The notes beneath the pieces are model-generated. The model had not been told where the DNA came from. It searched no databases and was given only the letters and a program-made list of their open reading frames with translations. Below, piece after piece: positions 1-13,774 of a DNA stretch of 64,000 nucleotides. A program made the translations under genes and the position numbers. Source of the DNA: Eledone cirrhosa (Eukaryota); NCBI GenBank assembly GCA_964016885.1, contig OZ024742.1:270444001-270508000 (forward strand), read 5' to 3'. Position 1 is the stretch's first letter. Each line of letters begins with the position of its first letter.

Positions 1-1643
1 TCTTATAGTTTGGTTCTTCCATTAAAAACTTTTATTGAGAGACGCACACAGAGCAATCATGTTGATCTGCCGTCTATCAATCAGTCCCAGGGTGGTGGTG
101 ACCTTTGTGTTTGTGGCAAAATATGGAACACCACATGTGGCTTTATGCCAAACTAATACTCTAAGAAATCTTTGGACGTAAGATATTTAAGGAAGAGGCT
201 GATAACACTTACCCTTAATATTGTCGAAATTGTTGTATGAGTTGTTTTTGTTATTTTGTTTTACACCTATTCTGATTGTAACAGTCAATTTCGTTAAAAT
301 CACCGAAAAATTAAAGATTGAATAACTTTATATTTTAATCATTACGTCCATTCATTTGTACTTTCAGCCATCAGAAACATTTGACAAGTCAGTTTATTTT
401 CTGAACCGTTGGTATAGTGTTAATAGTAGAGAAAGTAATTTTATTAAGTTGGAGAGGAAGCGTAATAAAATATTTGCACCACTACAAACTTTATTCTCAG
501 TGTGATAAAGTGCATCCTTATCTCGCAATGAGTTTATATGATTCAGTATGTTTGTGTATCATGGCTCATGTGAGTGATTTCATTGGCCAAACAAACATCT
601 GTATAGGCTCGACGATTTCTGTGTGTTTATGCTTTGTACTAACCTCGGATCCTCGGATCCGAAGGCATCAGGTGCATTTGAATCCATTATTCACCGTTCT
701 AATTCGTGTAGATCTAAAAAAGGAACATTGATTTATAGTGCCTATTACCCTTTGCTCAGCATACTCCTTTGATTGTTCAATCCAAATGCACACTAACATT
801 CTAGCATTGAATGTGAAGGCAGGACAGGTGATCAGATAAACAATTTATTGTATTAACTGCCTGTATATCAATATATACAGAACAGTGGCCAACATTTTTG
901 GATTATTGATAATCGTTCATCTTCCAAATGTGGCGCCTGGAAAATGCTTCGAGATAGTGGAAGCTTCTCTTTAAGATATCTCTGTAAAACCTGAATAACG
1001 TAAAATTGATTTCACGTTACTTTGAAAAGGGTGTGATACATCGAGAGAAAATTATATGGTGAGATTCAATTTGGGAAACGAGAATATATAAAACATTTTG
1101 TTTTAAAAGTGAAATAAAAACTAATGCCATTTTACACACTGATCAGCATGCCTAATGCATGAGATTAAATCGCTTTTCCAAATGCGGTAACAGGACTAAA
1201 AATACATTCAGTACGCATATAGAAATCCGTAAACCAGGTTTGGAAAAATATCAGGTCTGTACTTGTCACCAAAGATGACAGGTCTAAACCTGTCATCTGC
1301 AGATATGTTGAAAGTTGAAGCAAGGAATAAATAATAAATCATATATAAATAAAAAATAAGTTACTAAATAATAATAGAAAGAAAGCGGCTGAAAAATATT
1401 CCACGTTATAGATGAGATGTAAAATATTCTGCTTTAGGATGTCGACTACGATGATGTAAATTAATTCAATGCATTGAATCAATCACGAAAAAGCACATAC
1501 GGACATGCACACACAAACATACACACGCAAATACATAAGTGCGTGTGTCTGTATGTATGCGGCTCTTCCGATGATCATATAAATGTACAGATAAAACTCG
1601 AGCAATAAAACTCAGCAGTAAGACATATATGTATGTATCTCTT

Positions 1644-1769
<126 letters not shown>

Positions 1770-2223
1770 ATTCGGGGATTGTAACGTCTAATTACTGTAG
1801 GTTCACCAAAGTGAGCGCTCGTAATTTCAAGTAGGTATACTGTTGCTGTACTAAGCAGAATGTAATCATAATAATAATAGTTGCAATAGGTGTCAGGAAT
1901 ACACTAGGCATATATCAGAAACAATACTGAAGAAAAAGGAAAAATAATAATAATAATAATAAAAAGAACGAGATGATAGATCTTCATTACATTTATTGAG
2001 GCGTGACGGGTGTTTCGTGATTGATCAGTTCAATAAATGTAAATAAGTTCTAACACTTCGTCCTTTTTATTTACTATTATTAGAAATTGGAATAAATGCT
2101 CTGAAATAGCGATATATATGTGAATATAGACATAGAATATTCGAAAATATTCTGTATGTTTATAATAAACATTTTGAAGACCTAATCGCTATAGAATAGA
2201 ATACGTCACGTATTACAATTAGA

Positions 2224-2310
2224 TTCTCGATAAAAGCAAGGGAAGTAATCTACGCGTTTCATTCTTGTTAGAAATCTTCAGGACTACATATCCAGTGCTT
2301 TTATCGAGAA
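2224..2310 (-). ncRNA. Type I hammerhead ribozyme (array 1)
   Basis: Minus strand: GTAGTC-CTGAAGA-TTTCT aaca AGAAT-GAAA-CGCG-TA-GATTAC, enclosed by the perfect 15-bp arms TTCTCGATAAAAGCA/TGCTTTTATCGAGAA. Confidence 0.88.
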
Positions 2311-2533
2311 TGACACAGCTAGAGACTTATAGAATACTTAGCTGTGTACAGGAACTGGTTTGAAAGAGCGGTTGCCGGTCCGGCAGAAATTAGAAATTGG
2401 AATAAATGCTCTGAAATAGCGATATATATGTGAATATAGACATAGAATATTCGAAAATATTCTGTATGTTTATAATAAACATTTTGAAGACCTAATCGCT
2501 ATAGAATAGAATACGTCACGTATTACAATTAGA

Positions 2534-2620
2534 TTCTCGATAAAAGCAAGGGAAGTAATCTACGCGTTTCATTCTTGTTAGAAATCTTCAGGACTACATA
2601 TCCAGTGCTTTTATCGAGAA
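2534..2620 (-). ncRNA. Type I hammerhead ribozyme (array 1)
   Basis: Same sequence as 2224-2310, shifted by 310 bp. Confidence 0.88.
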
Positions 2621-2843
2621 TGACACAGCTAGAGACTTATAGAATACTTAGCTGTGTACAGGAACTGGTTTGAAAGAGCGGTTGCCGGTCCGGCAGAAAT
2701 TAGAAATTGGAATAAATGCTCTGAAATAGCGATATATATGTGAATATAGACATAGAATATTCGAAAATATTCTGTATGTTTATAATAAACATTTTGAAGA
2801 CCTAATCGCTATAGAATAGAATACGTCACGTATTACAATTAGA

Positions 2844-2930
2844 TTCTCGATAAAAGCAAGGGAAGTAATCTACGCGTTTCATTCTTGTTAGAAATCTTCA
2901 GGACTACATATCCAGTGCTTTTATCGAGAA
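2844..2930 (-). ncRNA. Type I hammerhead ribozyme (array 1)
   Basis: Same sequence as 2224-2310, shifted by 620 bp. Confidence 0.88.
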
Positions 2931-3116
2931 TGACACAGCTAGAGACTTATAGAATACTTAGCTGTGTACAGGAACTGGTTTGAAAGAGCGGTTGCCGGTC
3001 CGGCAGAAATTAGAAATTGGAATAAATGCTCTGAAATAGCGATATATATGTGAATATATGTTTATTATAAACATACAGAATATTTTCGAATATTCTATGT
3101 CTATATTTACTATTAT

Positions 3117-3200
<84 letters not shown>

Positions 3201-3507
3201 TAATAAAAACAATGAATAAAAACAAAGAAACAGTTCCTTATATTAAAAATTCATAATTTTACGATCGTTTCTAGGATATATATGTGTGTGTTGGTATGTA
3301 TATCATATAGATCTATGTTAACATTTTACAAACTATCAGAGGGAATATACATACATACACATATATATGCTATCTTCAGAAATAATCTTAACTCTGTTTT
3401 CCTGAGATTGTGATCGAAAACATTTTTGAATACATCTGTCCCTTCATGATATTTGGATTACTTTCAGTTCTTAATACGGATTGGACACTGCCGTATATTT
3501 TTGGTAG

Positions 3508-3556
<49 letters not shown>

Positions 3557-3682
3557 CAGAAGGGATATTCAATTTGTTGGTAATTCAACAAATATAAATG
3601 TTTACAACTGATTCAGAGAAGTCGACAGATTTTCTGGAGTATAATATTCAATGATATTAAATAAATTCCATTTATTTAATAT

Positions 3683-3727
<45 letters not shown>

Positions 3728-3898
3728 AAAAGGTTTGACCCCGACGTCAGAGCTCAAGCAGTTTCGACGGCAATTTCTGGACCCAGAAATAGCTCTGCCG
3801 TCGGGTCAACCTTTTTCCTATTACCCACTTTACTACCCTAAGTATTGCGTAATCTGGTGCGTTATTGTCCATCTGGTTCCTCTACCACACCTCCTTCG

Positions 3899-3900
<2 letters not shown>
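3728..3900. repeat. Dispersed fold-back fragment of a PLE terminal-repeat family
   Basis: GACCCCGACG...GCCGTCGGGTC hairpin plus CCTATTACCCACT...CCTTCGTT. Related copies near 25195, 26420, 26741, 26990, 43875 and 47165, all next to (TA)n. Confidence 0.6.
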
Positions 3901-3950
<50 letters not shown>

Positions 3951-4039
3951 AGAGAGATAGAGAGATAGCGAGGGGGGGGGGGGGAGAAGCACCTCTGTTG
4001 ATAAGTTTAATTTTAACTAATTACCATTTAATCGACAGG

Positions 4040-4380
4040 AGGGCTATGATACTTAATAACCTTCCAATTCCCCCTGAAATGAATGTATCTCCATTTTAAA
4101 TCTAAATAGAACTAAAGGACGTTAAATAATGCGTGCAACATGTATAAAACACATTCTGTATGGCCCGACCCAGACATTCATTGTGCACTAAAGCCAAATA
4201 ACGGTTCACCTGTTCTTAAACATAAAAAAATATCAATAGAACCGCAATGGAAAATGGAATACATATACTTGATTATGTTATTGGATTTCAACTCCAGAAT
4301 AGGCAAAGCTAAATTCAAAATCATTGCAGTCTGGCACATGTAGATACTTTGGGGATATGCAATACTCATTATCAATTATT
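4040..4380 (+). pseudogene. Possible highly degraded RTE-like LINE fragment
   Basis: ORF 4140-4343 'EYIYL...DFNSRIGKAK' loosely resembles the FKYLG...RIGKA region of RTE reverse transcriptases. Confidence 0.25.
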
Positions 4381-5866
4381 TAAGGCAGGGTGTGAATTTC
4401 TATTCAGATTTAGCAACAGACTCTGTCACATTGATTGACTACAGAGTTAATGTAGAGTAATGAATATATTCTAGTTAATTGATTGTTTTACATGGAGGAT
4501 AATCCACTTTTTATTACATATGTCCTTCGTTGCTTGATGCTTCGTTGCCAGAAGAGATGTAAAATGTTGGCCACATTTCAAACGTCTCATGTGAAAAATA
4601 ATTTCTTATTACAATTTGCTTTCAAACCACATATTATTTAATAGTGAAAGGTAATTGCTATGAAATGTAAATGACCAAAATATGTTTTAGCGACATGATA
4701 CTGTTATAATTGACGACTGGGTGATTTGAATAAGAATATAAAAACATGTTAATATGGGTGATCAAAACATAAGGAAGGCTAATAACTGCAAATGGACGTA
4801 GATTAATTGATTGTTTCAACCTTACTAGGCAAATTGTATATTATTTTCTCAACTCAGGAGAAATGGAATGGAAAATTCAAACAAGATAGTGTTTGAAATA
4901 AGAAGCTCATTGTCAGATAACGACTTTTGAACGACGTACTACAAATTGTGCCAAATCAACTCAACATTACTTACGTTAATGTTTGCATCAGCAAAGCAAT
5001 AGTTATTTGGTGGCTGTGGATAATCAAATAAATTGAGCTCAATACTTGACTGATTCCAGATTTTATCGAGCGAAAAAATAAGCACGAGAAGCTGATCATA
5101 CAAGGTTTGAACTTAAAATATGAAGAGACCGAAATATAAATCAATCAGTAAGAAACTCTTCAAATGTTTATAGTTATTTTAGACACACATACACACAATC
5201 TCTCACACACACACACACACGCACACACACCCACACACACGCACATACACACATATATATATATAACACTAAAGCAATTCACGAGATTTTGACTAATTTC
5301 CTAAATCTGTGTTCTATATTAACACTTTGTTTTGCTCCCTTCATTTTGGCCTGACCCATGCTTGATGGGGTGGCTAAGGGCGACGAGGGTATATTACGAC
5401 TTGGCTACAGGGAGTGACACCATACCACTAATACAAGTTGGTATACGTGACTAAATTGTCATTGTGAATGGCAGTCCTGGGAATGACACTAATGGCCTGT
5501 GCCGTGGTGAAGAGATACAACATCCCTAGTATGTTATAAATAGGTAGTGACTTGGTTGCTAACTTATAAGTGAGCTGATATTGAGAGAAGAGAGATTCAA
5601 TTTGTTCAGGTACCGTATCACCGACAGATTTTGCTATATACATAGATATATGTATATAGCAAAATAAGAATAAACAACAGTCAGTGTAAATCCATTTGTG
5701 CTTACTTTAACTGGAATATCCTAATTATATAGCATCTTTCATAACTATCTTTCTCTCTCTCACTTTAAATATCTCACTACCATAGGTTAATAAATACGAA
5801 TTCGATCTAAGTAAACTGCTCTCTATGTATCCATCTCTCTATATCTTTGTATCGACACATACACAC

Positions 5867-5955
<89 letters not shown>

Positions 5956-6177
5956 AGTAGAAGATGGATACATTTTTAAAGACGGTAGAATGTGGTAAAA
6001 ATTACAAAGGGCAATTAATGACAAATCGTTTGTCTGTGACTGTTTCAGCTTTGCATCTGAAATTGGATTTTCAAAAGCGATATTTTCTACTGCATGGTAC
6101 CGGTTTTAGAATTTATGTATTGCACTACATATCTCATAATGGTTTGTATCACCTATACTACTCTCTCTCTCTCGCTC

Positions 6178-6274
<97 letters not shown>

Positions 6275-7674
6275 TATGTATATGTGTGTATGCCTTTGTG
6301 TGTCTGTGTGTGTTTGCGTGTGTGTGTGTGCGTGTTTGAGTCCATGTGTGTGTATAAAAAAATAGGAAAAGAGGGAGAGAAAAATGTAATGAGGGAGTAT
6401 TGTTGAGGAATATAACATAAATGAATTATTAACGTAATATTTCATAGAATCAGATTTTCTTTTGTTTTTTAGCTGAACAGTATTTGTTGACTCATTTTCT
6501 TAATAAGCCAACGATTAAAATGTTTTAATCCATTCGTCGATCGATATAACCAGTAATACAAATATTGCCAGGGTCAACTGAACCGTCAATAACATATTCT
6601 TTTACGTAATTTAATAAGAACCAAGCGCTTTTGACAATACATATTACTCTAAGAAATATATTTCAGACGTACGTTTCATATAATATATAATAGAGCCCAT
6701 TGTTGTAGTTTGTTTTGTTACTTCCTTTTCTATGACTGTTTTACTTTAAGCTGTTCAATCAATACAATTCACGTCGGAACATGCACAAAGCCTAGAAAAT
6801 AGACTGTTAAAGTGAATTAATTCAGCAAACTAGAGACAGAGAGTAGGAGGATGTGCAGTTACTGATAGTAGTAAATGAATAAGAGAGATATATAATTTGA
6901 AAGGGAAGGATAGCTAATCTAACATTGTGCACAGTTAGCTGGACTTAATAAAGAGAAAAGCACAATAATTTATTGTGAATCTATAAAGGTCGTTACGCTT
7001 CACTGAACAAACTTGTTTAGTCAGTGTATCCGAGCAGATTACTTAGAGTATTCAGATATTAAACGTAATCAGTTTGAAATAAAATCAATTAGCCATGTAA
7101 AAATGCACCTTAACCGTTCACATCTTACCTGAAGCGCTAGTTATTTGTTGCAGAGCGATGTAAAAATCTGAACCCAGTATCTATACTTTTTATGGAAATC
7201 GAGAAATGGAAAATGGGAACCTGTTCGTTTGAAAGTCTATACATTTCGAGGTCAACTACTGCATTCATATTCCGGTATCGTATCTTCAATAATACTGTCA
7301 TTAATCATTACTGCACCAAAAATGCCACTACAATAATTAATGTTTTCAGTAGTCTTATTTTTATTGGAGCATTAACTACGTTGGCAGCATAATACCCGGT
7401 GACTTATGTATATGCAACTTTCTACTTTAATGTTGTTGTTTCTATTTTATTGAATGTACTTTATGTGACATATTTCTCGTCTTTATCAGTATTGCTTGTA
7501 TGTTGTGGATAATTTAAGTGTTGGCGATATTATTTTTTCATATGTGATTTTTTTTTTCTTATCCACAAAACACCTATCATTATAGTCAATATTTCTGTTA
7601 CTGAACTCTCATATGGTTTATCCTGATGTATCCTTAAATTGGAATAATTTATCATTATTATTGTTGTTGGTCAG

Positions 7675-8540
7675 GCGTTCAGAACCATCTACCATTCGGA
7701 TATTGATGTCAGTGTAAATTCAACGTTAGCTTTCTGTGGAGGAAAAATTGAATTACAATGAATTACACGGGGAAACTCTAGTCGTCGGATTGAATGAAAT
7801 AGCCAGAACGTTCCGGAGAAAATTCTACTCGGAGACTATGAACAATATCCCGAAATCCCTGTTCTAGCATTGCTAAACGGAGGCTCAGCCGATTCGAAAC
7901 ACACTCTACAGGCGCCGACACACAGTCAGTCAACCCTATCCGAGATGTCCGCAGATCGGATGAAATCGTTCTACATGAACACGTCCAGTGAACGAGAATT
8001 GTTGGTTTGTGTAGTTCTATGGAAAAAGTTATTTAGAATGGATCCGGCTATAGGCCGACTCCATCCTGAGAATCGCACCGCTGCCTTCCTTTGACCGGGA
8101 AAGGTAGGCAATGTTCCTGTCTGCTGACTTTGACGAAATAAATTCCGTGATTGACGCTACAGAAAGGACTGAAGACAAAAACATCCGTCTTCAATGAAGA
8201 TCTCATCAACCTTTTTCACATTCCACTTGGAAAGGAAAGTAAGAGTGGAGAAGGATGTGCTGCCCACCAGAACATTTGTTAAAAGGTTGATGAATGTAGG
8301 GAGTATGGCGCAAGTGAATGGTCTACGTCTGAGCAGGCATCTGTAAGGTGGGTTTTTTGGAAATTAGCGGGCTATTTCCTAGGGTGTTTTTCCTTATTAC
8401 GGGGGTTGTAAATCCACCGATGAGTGATGCACACCATTCTATGGGAGAATTCGTTTGTTTTCATTCGTTATTACTAATTTGTTAACTGTTTTCTTTTTTA
8501 TCTGCTTAATGGTATTTGTTCATCTGTATTGTTTTGGGAT
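7675..8540 (+). mobile_element. Degraded Tx1/L1-like LINE, 3' part
   Basis: Frameshifted remnants ending FFHFHLERKVRVEKDVL, then a U-rich tail with AATAAA and (ATA/ATT)n. Homologous to 11480-12365 and 58020-58960. Confidence 0.55.
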
Positions 8541-8624
8541 CTTGTTGTCAATAAAGAAAGAATGATTATAATAATGATGGTAACGATAAAATTAATATGA
8601 ATAAATCATTATTATTAATATTAT

Positions 8625-9735
8625 AGTTTTCTTGGAGTCTTGGTCATTAATGTTATTTAAATGGAATGTTTGTTCAAATTAACATCAAGCCGCTACATGC
8701 TGCCTCACATATTCAGGACGTTTCCCAGCAGACTTGCCTTTTGGAATGTTTGAAGTGTTTCAAAAAGGGGGGGCTGGACTAATGTTCTTTAACCATCCTT
8801 GAAAACTCTTCGCGATAGTACCTGGTGTTCCTAAGACAATCGGGACGACCTTGAACTCATGTTGCAAATCCTTTTTAATTATTACTTTAAATCTAGATAT
8901 TTGTTAATTATCTTATCTCCTTTCTGGCATGCTTGTGTCAAAGGGACAGGTTATACCTACAATCAGGAACGATATTTTCTTTTTGTCAAAAACCACCAGG
9001 TCAGGCACGGCGTGTACTTACTTATTGTCTGTCAGTATCCTGAAATCTCATAGCTCCTTCACTCGATCGTTTTCTATCACCGACTCTCGCTGATGCTATT
9101 ACCACTACTCAAAATGCAGCAAATAATTTAGTTTGCACATATGCAAGTGAATCACCTTTCATATAATATTATGTCTCCAGCCTTTATAGTGAGTCTGCTA
9201 TAGGTATTTACATTCGGATACCACGTGAGCCACAGCCGCCACCCCCTCCTTCTCGCTCCACAGATCCTACACAGTGATCTAACCTACTTCTTGTCAATGT
9301 AGTGTTTCACCCACGTAATTCTGAGGGCTAGCTCTTGTGCAGGCATTAGGATCTATTCTGTTGCTTTTTAAAGGTCTACCCTTTTTAACCAGCACCATAT
9401 CTGTGGATTTCTTAATTCCGTTTTTGTTTTAAATTAGGTGCTATGAAAGGATTTTTCATGGAGGTTGCTCTTCCTCTATGTTGTTATTTCCTCCTTGGAC
9501 ATCCTCTGGTCTATTGTCTTCTCCTTTAGTACAACTTTGAGCGTTGGCTCTCTACTCTCAGACCCATATTTTTGCTGACTTCTTTTCTCCATCCGAACAC
9601 AGTCCTCTATGCTGATAAGTCCTCTTCCAACTTCAGCTCTCTTTAATTAGCGTCTAGGAACATCACTCCTCTTGTGGAACATGCTGTAGGTAGTCATTAT
9701 CTTCCTAATCTTCCTGTCCATTTCTTTTTGTTCAG
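8625..9735 (-). mobile_element. R4/Dong-like non-LTR retrotransposon fragment (zinc knuckle and restriction-like endonuclease region)
   Basis: Homologous to 18195-19098; degraded CRIC...HVVSEC...WRHN and PDLVV...CPFD motifs; flanked by (ATT)n. Confidence 0.75.
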
Positions 9736-9767
9736 AATTTAATTTAATTTAAGAATTATTATTATTA

Positions 9768-9805
<38 letters not shown>

Positions 9806-9809
9806 GTTG

Positions 9810-10170
9810 TTCTTTGAGTCTCAGTCATTGATGTTAGATAACTGGAGAGTTTGTTGAAATGAATATCAAGCCACTACCTGCTGCCTCAGATATTCAGGAC
9901 GTATCGGAGGGCTTTTGCTGTTCCCAGCAAGCATGCCTTTTGAAGTGTTCCAAAAAATGGGGCGGGACTAATTTTCTTTAACCATCCTTGGAAATTCTTT
10001 GAGATAGTACCTAGTGCGCCTATGACAATCGGGACCACTCTGATTTCATGGCAGTTCCAAATCCTTTTTACCTCCCACTTCAAATCCTGGTATCGGTTAA
10101 TTTTCTCCCTCTCCTTCTCTTGCACTCTCGTGTCGAATGGCAGGCTACTTCCACAATCAGGCACGATCTT
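9810..10170 (-). mobile_element. R4/Dong-like element, 5'-truncated 3' end
   Basis: ORF 9886-10164 PFDTRVQEKEREKINRYQDLKWEVKRIW...VVPIVIGALG...LQKACLLGTA is the restriction-like endonuclease C-terminus; the end abuts (TTA)n. Confidence 0.8.
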
Positions 10171-10207
10171 TTTTCTTTATTATTATTCCGTCCCCCAGTA
10201 CATTTGC

Positions 10208-10550
10208 TAAAAGGTGGATGAATGTGGCGAGAATGGCTCGTGTGAATGGGCCTACTCTGACAATGCGCTTATAGGCTAGCTAACTTGAGGAGAGGGGTGC
10301 TCACCCTGGGTGCCCTAGAAGCGCAGGGTGGTTCAGGATTGATGGGGTATCCGTGTCACCCCAGGCTCGTCCACCCCCTATTGGGGAATTTATTTTGTTT
10401 TATTTATGCATAGTTTATTTTATAATTTTATATCTTCATTGTTAAATTAGGCTTGCCATTGTACACTTTTATTCGACCTTATTGTAAACCCCCACTGTCC
10501 CTGTCTTTGTATTGTCCCCTACATGTCGGCTCTTGTGGCTAATAAATGAA
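10208..10550 (+). mobile_element. Tx1/L1-like LINE 3' terminus
   Basis: TTTGCTAAAAGGTGGATGAATGTGGCG matches about 8275-8320; the 3' UTR AAACCCCCACTGT...AAATGAAA matches about 12303-12368. Confidence 0.55.
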
Positions 10551-11049
10551 ATCATTATTAATATTATTATTATTATTATTATTATTTCCATTATTACTTT
10601 GATTGCGCATAATTACTGCTTTACCGAGCACATCTCTGTGTGCCTTGAGTATGAGCAATGCAGTTTTTGCTGTTTTTGCTAATGCAGCTGTCTAGTGATT
10701 GCGACTTAAACGACGAGCGGAGGAACACCTACATCCCACACCATTGCAACCACATTGGGCAGTTTCGTTGATAGTAGAACCAACAACAAATACAACGACA
10801 ATAAAAGCAACGACAAAAGTGGGAACACTAATGAGAACAACATTATCAAACACATTAGCACATCAGCAACATCACCAACAACAACAGCATAAACGACAAC
10901 ACCAACAGCAACAGCATGAACAATGACAAATCTATCTCAACATTGAGCAGCAAAACAGTAGCACCATAAATAATTTCAACAACATTACTTTCTCAACCAC
11001 AGCAACAAAGCATGAAATGCTATACAATTTCATTTTAACAGAAAATAAT

Positions 11050-11230
11050 TGTTTCTACTTTTGGCACAAGGCCAGCACTCATCCCAGTGCATTACTGGTA
11101 CTTTATTTTATCGAACCCGTAAGGATGAAAGGCAAAGTTAAGCTCGGCAGGATTTGAACTCAGATCGTAAAGGCCCGTAACTCCATGCTGCAAACCATGG
11201 CTTCTGACCCTCTAACGATACTGCCATCAA
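11050..11230 (-). mobile_element. tRNA-derived SINE (main family in window)
   Basis: Reverse complement of 57723-57903: A box TGGCAGTATCG, B box GAGTTCAAATCC, core GCCTTTCATCCTTACGGG..CGATAAA..AGTACCAG. Confidence 0.85.
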
Positions 11231-11479
11231 CGAAGATTTAACAGAGGCGGAAATAATTATAATTACAGAAAAAACCTGTGACAACTCAAACATCCCGGCA
11301 GAGGTTATAGCAGCAAAAGTGAGGAGAACCTTAAAATATCTATGCATTTCAGTGAAATATCAAAAATCCGAGACAGCCTCTGAAGGACAGTTAGAGGCTA
11401 TATAGAAATGTATCAATAATGATAAAGAGAATATAGCAACGGCCACACAAGTTAGGAGCATTTTAGTGCTTTTAAAACT

Positions 11480-12365
11480 GACGCTCTTGCTATCAAGCAT
11501 TCTGTGTTCCCCAGCAAAATAGACCAAATAACCGTGTACCCGTGATGGGGAGGAGGACAGTAACGGTCCGTGTTCCCAGGATTCTGCTGGTTAAAGCGTA
11601 GACCGAGACTGATCATCTTGCATCTGGAATGTCACCAGGGGACATACTGCGTTCTATGAGAGCCATGTGGCCAGTGTAAATTCCTCTGTTGACTTTTATA
11701 GAAGAGTAGTTGTGGCCATGTGCGACGACAAACTCATAGAGGCTCTGGACGTCGGCGAAGTCGAACTGAACAGTCTGTTCCGGAGGACATTCTAGCCCGG
11801 CACTATGGTTATTTTCCAGAAATCCCTCGCTTGGCAGTGCTACTGACTTTTGGGCGTATGTCAACCAGCTGTAGCTGCTTGTACGACAACCGGCTATCGA
11901 CGAATCGGTAGGGAAAAAATCCCTGCCGCTTTCTTTTGGCCAGTGAGGGCAGGTAGTTTTAGTCTGCATACTGGAGTTTGCGAAATACGTTTTTGGTAGA
12001 CATGTTTGAAAGGACTGAAGACAATCACTTCTATTCAGCCAATACCTCATTACCTTTTTCAAGATTCACTTATAAAGGAAGGTAAATTTGGGGGGAGAAG
12101 TCCTGTCCCACAGACCATTTACTAAAAAGTGCGTGAATATCGCCAGAATTGTCTGGTTGAGTTGAATAGTGAGCGGTGCTTGTCATGCTTGTCCTTGATA
12201 CATCATGTATTTCAGGTTTCTTCCTATATGTGGAATGTAATTTGTTATAATTTTATTTTTACTTCGATATTGTTTTCATATTGTTTTAACATTGACATAT
12301 ATAAAACCCCACTGTGCCTGTGGTTGCATTGTCACCTATATGTTGGCCATTGCGATCATTAAATG
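11480..12365 (+). mobile_element. Degraded Tx1/L1-like LINE 3' fragment
   Basis: Remnants RDKLIEALDV and FQKSLAWQCY; homologous to 58250-58850; U-rich 3' UTR. Confidence 0.55.
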
Positions 12366-12404
12366 AAACTATTATAATCAATTATTACTATTACTGCATT
12401 GTAC

Positions 12405-12600
12405 TGGCAGTATCGTCAGGAGATCGGATAAAATGCTTTAGTATTTAGTTATAACTTTCCATGTTCTTAGTCCAAATATCGCCGAGGTTAACTTCGCCTT
12501 CAATCCTTACGAGATATATAATATAAAGTACCAGTAACGCACTGGCTCGATCCAATAGCCCTTTCCCTCCACCAAAATATTAGCATTGTGCCTAAATCAG
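12405..12600 (+). mobile_element. Diverged SINE copy
   Basis: TGGCAGTATCG...CGCCGAGGTTAACTTCGCCTTCAATCCTTACG...AAAGTACCAGTAACGCACTGG...TTGTGCCTAAA. Confidence 0.7.
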
Positions 12601-13398
12601 AGCCCATTATCATTATTATTATTTTGATAGGCACCACAAGACATATATGATGTTAAAGCTATTATTACTATTAATTAATTTGATTTGAAACACTTTCATA
12701 GTTCAAATAACACATCAAGCGACCATTTTTCATTCTATATACCCTTGTTCCATATATGTTCTACTAATCAAGAACTAGGTCAATTGAATAACCAAAACAC
12801 CGCCCACTCCAATTTGGCCTTTTCTCATATTAGAAACTATTACTTTCATTAATCTCTGTCCACAATTAACCATGTTGAATACTAGCAATTTTACATGAAG
12901 TAGTCTGCTCATCATACGTATCAGTAAATTCAACTTCAGTCCGTTACATATATAACGAAGCCGCACACCAGAAAATTAAATACTCAATGGTCCTAATTAG
13001 TGAGGTGGCTTCGATTAGATTTTGAATTATTTTCACTTGAATATACAACTAACGAATTATAGCACTGAATATAAATGTCCCCAGTGTACGTGAAAATAAT
13101 TTTTTTTTTTTTTACGTATTCAGTAGGCTGCACATTTTTCTTGTTATATTTTTCGCTCTATCTGTTTATCCATGTTGGAATCTCTCCGAGAAAGACATGT
13201 GAGAGACATAGAGCAGAGACCAGAAAAGTGAGACTAAACATTCAGATAAAACATTGTAATAACGTGTTGTTGATTTTGACAGTTCTCATCGATCTTGCTG
13301 ATGGATAACATAGAAACCACACTTCACATGTCCGTGCTTGTTTGTATGGTTTTACAAGCTCCACACTTATACAAAGACACTCACTCGTTCATGCACGC

Positions 13399-13536
<138 letters not shown>

Positions 13537-13774
13537 GTGAAGATAGTTGTCTAAGTTGAAAAATTAGGTTAGAAACCACGAGGCTTTTGATGCATATATC
13601 TATATATATAATACATCAATTCCTGTGATTGTCGGGATTTGACCACAGTTACAATATATACTCAATGAGTTAGTAGCGTATGGGATATATTTATTTGATA
13701 TAGAAATGGGTTCCATGGGAATAGAATTGTTTCATTCTTATGGAATCATGCGAATAACAATGGATTATTGATGT

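Larger units (their letters stand above)
2081..3103 (-). mobile_element. Retrozyme-like tandem array 1: about 3.15 x 310-bp HHR-containing unit plus a short inverted 5' segment
   Basis: Unit starts TAGAAATTGG at 2081, 2391, 2701 and 3011; copies appear identical. About 3058-3103 is an inverted piece of the unit. Direct repeat TATTTACTATTATTAG at 2068-2083 and 3104-3119. Confidence 0.88.

Noticed and set aside
1274-1299. Perfect hairpin AGATGACAGGT-ctaa-ACCTGTCATCT (also GAATTGGGAATAT/ATATTCCCAATTC near 39581)
   Set aside because: Isolated short palindromes with no context or second copy.
2958-3212. ORFs rich in [12 protein letters not shown], poly-I, poly-T or poly-F throughout the window
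   Set aside because: They are translations of microsatellites that lack stop codons.
10699-11010. Gln/His/Thr-rich ORF resembling a low-complexity exon
   Set aside because: Degenerate (CAA/CAG)n repeat with no domain or splice support.
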